In this document: positions 59,501-64,000 of the stretch, one piece after another
Numbering within the stretch: position 1 is the stretch's first letter
How the letters are laid out: the number at the start of each line of letters is the position of its first letter
Origin: an uncultured delta proteobacterium
Lineage (GTDB): Bacteria > Myxococcota_A > UBA9160 > UBA4427
Assembly: GCA_963822965.1 (NCBI GenBank)
Contig: CAWGJT010000010.1
Span: 128,001-192,000, forward strand
Direction of reading: 5' to 3'
DNA: 64,000 nucleotides
Translations under genes and position numbers: made by a program
Notes under the pieces: generated by a model
Told to the model about the DNA's origin: nothing
The model's input: the letters and a program-made list of their open reading frames with translations, nothing else
Databases searched by the model: none

Positions 59501-60259
59501 TCACGACGTGGAGGTCTGCTGCCCGGTGGTCGCATCCCCGGGCCCGTCGGGTCGGGCCAGCGAGCGAACCTTCTCGATGAGCTCGGACTGGGAGGAAACG
59601 TCCAGCTTGCGGTAGATGGCCTTCAGGTGATTGCGGACCGTACTCTGACTGATGAAGAGCGCGTTCGCGATGGCCGGGACCCGGGATCCCTGCATCAGGT
59701 GCTCGAGGACCTCGCGCTCGCGGGCCGTGAGCTGGCGCAGCACCGGATGGTCGGCGGTCGCGCCCGGGGTGGCTCCGACCGCGGCCGAGAAGGCCATGGC
59801 CTGGAGCCGCATGGCGACCCCGGCGAGCTCGCCGGCCAGGCTCCCGGGCGACGCTCCCACCGGTCGCGCCGTCTGCACCTCGCCGAGATCGAAGATCAGC
59901 GCCAGCACCACGGGTGAGTGATCGTCGACGCGCTGCATGCGGTGCGGCGCGACGGCGACCGGAAAGGTCCTTCCGTCCCGGCGCCGGAAGGCGCTCAGTC
60001 GGGTGCGATCGTCTCCCGCCAGGGCGCGTCGTCGCTCCTCGGACAGCGCGTCCCGGAGCTCCTCGGGGATCAGGACCTCCACCGGCGTGCCCTCGAGCTC
60101 GGCCGCAGAGTAGCCCGACCACTCCAGGATCCGCCGGTTCGCATACACGATGTGGCCGTCCTCGTCCTCGACCAGCAGGCCGCAGTTCATCCACTCGATG
60201 GCCTGCAGCATGCCTTCGTAGGTGGGAAGCTTCGACCATTCCCAGACGAATTCGCCCAT
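59501..60259 (-). CDS. PAS + LuxR HTH transcriptional regulator
   Basis: PAS (IVYAN..GYSAAEL..RRDGRTFPV); LTAREREVL..IANALFIS..TVRNHLKAIYRKL. Confidence 0.93.
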   Translation of the reverse strand: MGEFVWEWSKLPTYEGMLQAIEWMNCGLLVEDEDGHIVYANRRILEWSGYSAAELEGTPVEVLIPEELRDALSEERRRALAGDDRTRLSAFRRRDGRTFPVAVAPHRMQRVDDHSPVVLALIFDLGEVQTARPVGASPGSLAGELAGVAMRLQAMAFSAAVGATPGATADHPVLRQLTAREREVLEHLMQGSRVPAIANALFISQSTVRNHLKAIYRKLDVSSQSELIEKVRSLARPDGPGDATTGQQTSTS

Positions 60260-60382
60260 GACACGGATCGTACAGCACCCGGCGCGCTCGGGCGGAGCCC
60301 GCGCCCCACCGTCTCTTTTGGGGCGGTTCCGGCTTGCATTGGTCGATGCATGAGTTGCAGAATGCCCCGCGAGGAGCATCGC

Positions 60383-61255
60383 ATGCCGCGCACCCTGTTG
60401 TGTCTCGCAGTCCTGGTCTCGGTGCTGGGCCTTCCCGGCCTGGCGCGCTCCGAGGAGCCGGAGGCCGCCACGCCGGCGAGCGAGCGGTGGATTCCCTCCG
60501 TCACGGGGATCTTCCAGCTCTTCAGCTACGAGGCCGACGGACGCGTCGACACCAGCCTGGGCTTTCCCGACTCGGGCTCGTCCGACGGTCGGGTGCCGAC
60601 CTTCCAGATCGGGCTCGATCTGATGAGCCCCGCCCTCGAGGACGTGCCGACGGCGCCCCATTTCGTGGGGTTCGCCGGCCTCCAGGCGGGTCCGCCCCGC
60701 AAGCTCGGGCTGGCGGATGCCGGCGAGCTCGCCTCGGGCCAGCCCGAGAAGGAGATCGCCCGGCTCGAGGCAATGCCGCCCAACACCTACCCCGCACCGG
60801 AGGCCCTGCCGGGCCAGGGCAGCGAGCTGACCGGCCGCTACCGCGCCCTGGGCTGGTACCTGGGCATGGGCATGGCGTTCGACATTCCGAAGGCGGAGCC
60901 GTCCTTCCGGATCCGTCCCTACGTGACCGCGGTGGGCGAGCAGGTGAAGGTGAAGGGCCAGGTCGTTCGGGTCACCGGGCAGCCCCCGGGCCAGCCCTAC
61001 ATGGTCGATCGCGTGAGCGCCTCGGTGAAGGAGTTCTTCTACTACGTCGGACCGGGCGTGCAGCTCGAGGTGATCGTCGAGGAGACCCCCACCTGGGCGC
61101 TCAGCCTGTTCGCGACGGCGGACTTCCTGTGGAACGTCGGTGACGACTCCCTCACGTTCTCCGCCCGCCAGGCGATCTTCCACTACAAGGCCGACTCCTT
61201 CCAGCCGCGTGGCGGCTTCGGTGTGCGCTGGTCGTGGGTCGGCGCTCTCCCGTAG
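60383..61255 (+). CDS. Secreted, putative outer-membrane beta-barrel protein
   Basis: Signal peptide; alternating amphipathic strands; ends RGGFGVRWSW; divergent from the LuxR gene. Confidence 0.6.
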   Translation: MPRTLLCLAVLVSVLGLPGLARSEEPEAATPASERWIPSVTGIFQLFSYEADGRVDTSLGFPDSGSSDGRVPTFQIGLDLMSPALEDVPTAPHFVGFAGLQAGPPRKLGLADAGELASGQPEKEIARLEAMPPNTYPAPEALPGQGSELTGRYRALGWYLGMGMAFDIPKAEPSFRIRPYVTAVGEQVKVKGQVVRVTGQPPGQPYMVDRVSASVKEFFYYVGPGVQLEVIVEETPTWALSLFATADFLWNVGDDSLTFSARQAIFHYKADSFQPRGGFGVRWSWVGALP

Positions 61256-61283
61256 GCTTGCGGCCGGGTGCCATCGCCCGGCG

Positions 61284-62945
61284 TCAGTTGGGCCAGTAGA
61301 TGTACTCGTCGTCGGGTGCGTCGGGCTCGAGCAGGGTCTTGTCGATGTTCACCGGCATCTCCACCTGGGAGGGCCACGCGGGCGGCGCCTGCTCGGCGTC
61401 GTGCTCCGCGAGCGCGCGCCGCAGCGCCGCCACGCGTTCGGGCTCGCTCTCCGCGAGGTTCGTTCGCTCGGTGGGGTCGTTCCGCAGGTCGTAGAGCCAC
61501 ACCCGACCCGGCGGTCGCTCGTTCACCTGCAGCTTCCAGCCGTCGACGAGGGCCACCTGGTAGTGCCCCGTGCGCCAGAAGAGCCGGTCGTGGGGCACGC
61601 CTTCACGCTCGCCACGGACGTAGGGCGCGAGGTCGACGCCGTCGATCACCCGGTCGCCGGGCAGCGGCACGCCCGCCGCCGCGGCGGCGGTGGCGTAGAT
61701 GTCGAAGCCCTGCACCGGCTCGTCGTAGTGCGCGCCCGCCGGCAGGTGGCCCGGCCACTTGACGAAGTAGGGCACGTGGATGCCGCCCTCGAAGAACGTG
61801 ATCTTCCAGCCGCGGTATGGGCGGTTCACGTCCGGCAGGCCGATGTAGTTGGGGGCGCCGTTGTCCGACGTGAAGAAGACGAGGGTGTCGTTCTCGAGCC
61901 CGTTGTCGCGCAGGGCCTGGAGCACGCGTCCCACGCCGCGGTCGAGGGCCCGGATCATCGCCGCATAGACGCGCAGCCGGTGGTCCTCGATGTGCGACAG
62001 GGCGTCGTAGTCCTCACGCGTGGCCTGCAGCGGGGTGTGGGGGGCCCAGTGGGCGAGGTAGAGGAAGAACGGGCGGTCCCGATTGGCCTCGATCACCCGC
62101 ACCGCCTGGTCGGTGTAGTAGTCGGTCAGGTACTTCGCCGGCTCGAAGGCCGGGCCGCCGTTGAACGTGGCCGCGAAGCGCAGCGCGCGCCACAGGAAGC
62201 GGTCGATGGGATCGAAGTCCTGCTTCGAGTTCACCACGTCCGGATCGTCCTCGGGCAGGTACAGGCCGCTTCGCATCAGCAGGCTCTCGTCGAAGCCCTG
62301 GTCCTGAGCGGCCATGCCGTTGGCCTGGCCCACGTGCCACTTGCCGATGTGCACGGTGTGGTACTCCACCTGCTTCAGCAGCTCGGCCAGGGTGATCTCC
62401 GAGGCGGGCATGCCCAGCTGGGCGAAGGGCGGGGGCTCCTGCTCGTTCTGCGTCACCACCACGGGCCGCAGACGGCCGGGCATGCGATTCGCGATGTGCG
62501 GCAGCAGCCGACTCATGCCCGGCGGCGTCGGGGTGAACTCGAAGCCGAAGCGCGTGCCGTAGCGGCCCGAGAGGATGGCCGCCCGGGACGGAGCACAGGT
62601 GCCGTTGGCCGCATAGCCCCGGGTGAAGCGCACGCCGTCGCGGGCCAGCGAGTCGATGTGGGGCGTCGGTACCGAGCCGCCGGCCACGCCGCCGCCGCCG
62701 AACGTGAGGTCGTTCCAGCCGAGATCGTCCGCCAGAATGACCACGATGTTGGGAGGACGCTCGCCGCGCGCGCGCGCCAGGGGATCGGGTCCGCTCGCCC
62801 ACTCGATGGGATGGTTCGGGCCCACGGGCAGCGCCCGCGCGGCGGCCCGCCCGATCAGGGCGAGCAGGATCTGGTCCTGGTAGATCCAGGCGAGGCCGAG
62901 GCCCACCGCGACCACCCCCAGCACGCCCAGCAGCCAACGCTTCAT
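61284..62945 (-). CDS. Exported arylsulfatase-like sulfatase
   Basis: PNIVVILADDLG, CAPSR, GKWH, SDNG, K..FFEGG. Confidence 0.95.
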   Translation of the reverse strand: MKRWLLGVLGVVAVGLGLAWIYQDQILLALIGRAAARALPVGPNHPIEWASGPDPLARARGERPPNIVVILADDLGWNDLTFGGGGVAGGSVPTPHIDSLARDGVRFTRGYAANGTCAPSRAAILSGRYGTRFGFEFTPTPPGMSRLLPHIANRMPGRLRPVVVTQNEQEPPPFAQLGMPASEITLAELLKQVEYHTVHIGKWHVGQANGMAAQDQGFDESLLMRSGLYLPEDDPDVVNSKQDFDPIDRFLWRALRFAATFNGGPAFEPAKYLTDYYTDQAVRVIEANRDRPFFLYLAHWAPHTPLQATREDYDALSHIEDHRLRVYAAMIRALDRGVGRVLQALRDNGLENDTLVFFTSDNGAPNYIGLPDVNRPYRGWKITFFEGGIHVPYFVKWPGHLPAGAHYDEPVQGFDIYATAAAAAGVPLPGDRVIDGVDLAPYVRGEREGVPHDRLFWRTGHYQVALVDGWKLQVNERPPGRVWLYDLRNDPTERTNLAESEPERVAALRRALAEHDAEQAPPAWPSQVEMPVNIDKTLLEPDAPDDEYIYWPN

Positions 62946-63041
62946 CGACGCCTCCCCCTCGCGAGCCGAACGATCCTACCCCGCACCGGCGCCGGCGTCG
63001 GGGGATGGGCCGGCGGACGTCGCGTATGCGACCCTGCCCGA

Positions 63042-63800
63042 ATGGAATCCCGCCTGCGCCTCCTCGCAATCCTCCTGCTCTGCTGCCTCGCCTGCGCGAG
63101 CCCCGGCCCCGGGGCCGAGACTCCCCAAGCGCCCGCGGCGGCAGGGGAAGCGCCCGCGGCCTCGGAAGCGCCTGCGGCGACTGGCGAAGCGCCCGCGACC
63201 TCGGAAGCGCCTGCGGCGACTGGCGAAGCGCCCGCGACCTCGGCCCCGGAGGACGGCACGGCGGCGGGTGGGGCGGAGGGCGACGTGCCGCCGAAGCCTC
63301 CCGCCTCCGCACCCGCCACCGAGGAGGAGTGGGAGTTCGGCAAGACGTTCCAGCCCCTGGCGGACGTCTTCGCGTTCACCCAGTACGTCCACGCTTCGCG
63401 CCGGGGCAACGGGCTCGTCTACCAGTTCCTGCCCGAGGGCGAGACCCTCGAGGACTGGCACTACCTCGGCGTGGTGCTGCTCGTTCCCGTGGCGCGCACC
63501 TGGGAGGAGGCCGAGGACGTGATGCCGGAGTTCATCGAAGCCTTCCTGAAGGACCGGCAGCACGTGAACCAGGTCCAGACGATCCCCGGCGAGCGGACGA
63601 ACCTCACCTACATCGACTACGAGCTGGGAGCCGGATCGCGGCGCGAGCACATCCTGGCCAGCATCTGGCAGGTGATTCCCGGCGCGATCACGGTCTTCCA
63701 GGTCCAGCGCCGTCCCGAGCGCTTCGACGCGGCGCAGATCGAGCAGTTCAAGAACGTGGCGAGCCAGCTCGCCGCCCAGGCGGGCAGGCCGGTCGAGTGA
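63042..63800 (+). CDS. Putative lipoprotein with EAPAA(T/S) repeats
   Basis: CLAC lipobox; Ala/Pro repeat linker at ~63130-63245; globular C-terminal domain (FLPEGETLEDW). Confidence 0.7.
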   Translation: MESRLRLLAILLLCCLACASPGPGAETPQAPAAAGEAPAASEAPAATGEAPATSEAPAATGEAPATSAPEDGTAAGGAEGDVPPKPPASAPATEEEWEFGKTFQPLADVFAFTQYVHASRRGNGLVYQFLPEGETLEDWHYLGVVLLVPVARTWEEAEDVMPEFIEAFLKDRQHVNQVQTIPGERTNLTYIDYELGAGSRREHILASIWQVIPGAITVFQVQRRPERFDAAQIEQFKNVASQLAAQAGRPVE

Positions 63801-64000
63801 TCAGCCGCTCGGTCGCTCCACGCCGGGGCGGCAGGCGTCGGCGTCACACGCATGGGCGCGCCCGGTGAGGCGCAGGCGGTTGCGCGCGAACCAGCGATAC
63901 GCGGCGTCCACCACGGGACGCACGATCGGCAGCCCGGTCCAGGCCAGCCAGGCGCCGCGGTCGACCGCGGCGTAGGCCCGGCGGAAGACCTCGACGCCCT
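63801..64000 (-). CDS. DUF393/DCC thiol-disulfide oxidoreductase-like protein (3' part only)
   Basis: Manual translation: GVEVFRRAY..DAAYRWFARNRLRLTGR..C....C*. Confidence 0.8.
   Translation of the reverse strand, partial: GVEVFRRAYAAVDRGAWLAWTGLPIVRPVVDAAYRWFARNRLRLTGRAHACDADACRPGVERPSG

Noticed and set aside
60336..60351. TGCAT-N6-ATGCA palindrome between the LuxR and barrel genes as an operator
   Set aside because: Five-bp arms are too short to support without comparative data.

Overview
High-GC (visually ~70%), densely coding window from a diderm bacterium. It encodes outer-membrane barrels, lipoproteins, PEP-CTERM proteins and a DUF4388 response regulator, so Myxococcota-like is inferred but not proven. 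About 55 genes, mostly accessory metabolism (SDRs, P450, sterol desaturase-like, hydrolases, sulfatases, GH3, amidase, fhs), secreted proteases, cyclic-dinucleotide signalling and cbpA/cbpM. No rRNA, tRNA, CRISPR array or mobile element could be supported. Six genes carry frameshifts, several of them single-base insertions that look like long-read errors. Top observation: a class D-type sortase sits directly downstream of a 95-aa protein with BOTH an N-terminal lipoprotein signal and a C-terminal LPKTA sorting signal, joined only by a Pro/Ala-rich spacer. This is a candidate sortase-built membrane-to-peptidoglycan tether, analogous to Braun's lipoprotein. Other candidates: an orphan GspG-like pseudopilin in a tight operon with a lipoprotein, a HAMP membrane protein and an HD-GYP phosphodiesterase; a dockerin-M23 peptidase followed by a PEP-CTERM protein; a His/Cys-rich leader ORF with a CxxC barrel and TlpA; a GGDEF-EAL-REC-PilZ fusion; and an orphan IucA/IucC-like protein. 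All family calls come from motif recognition by eye, not from database searches.
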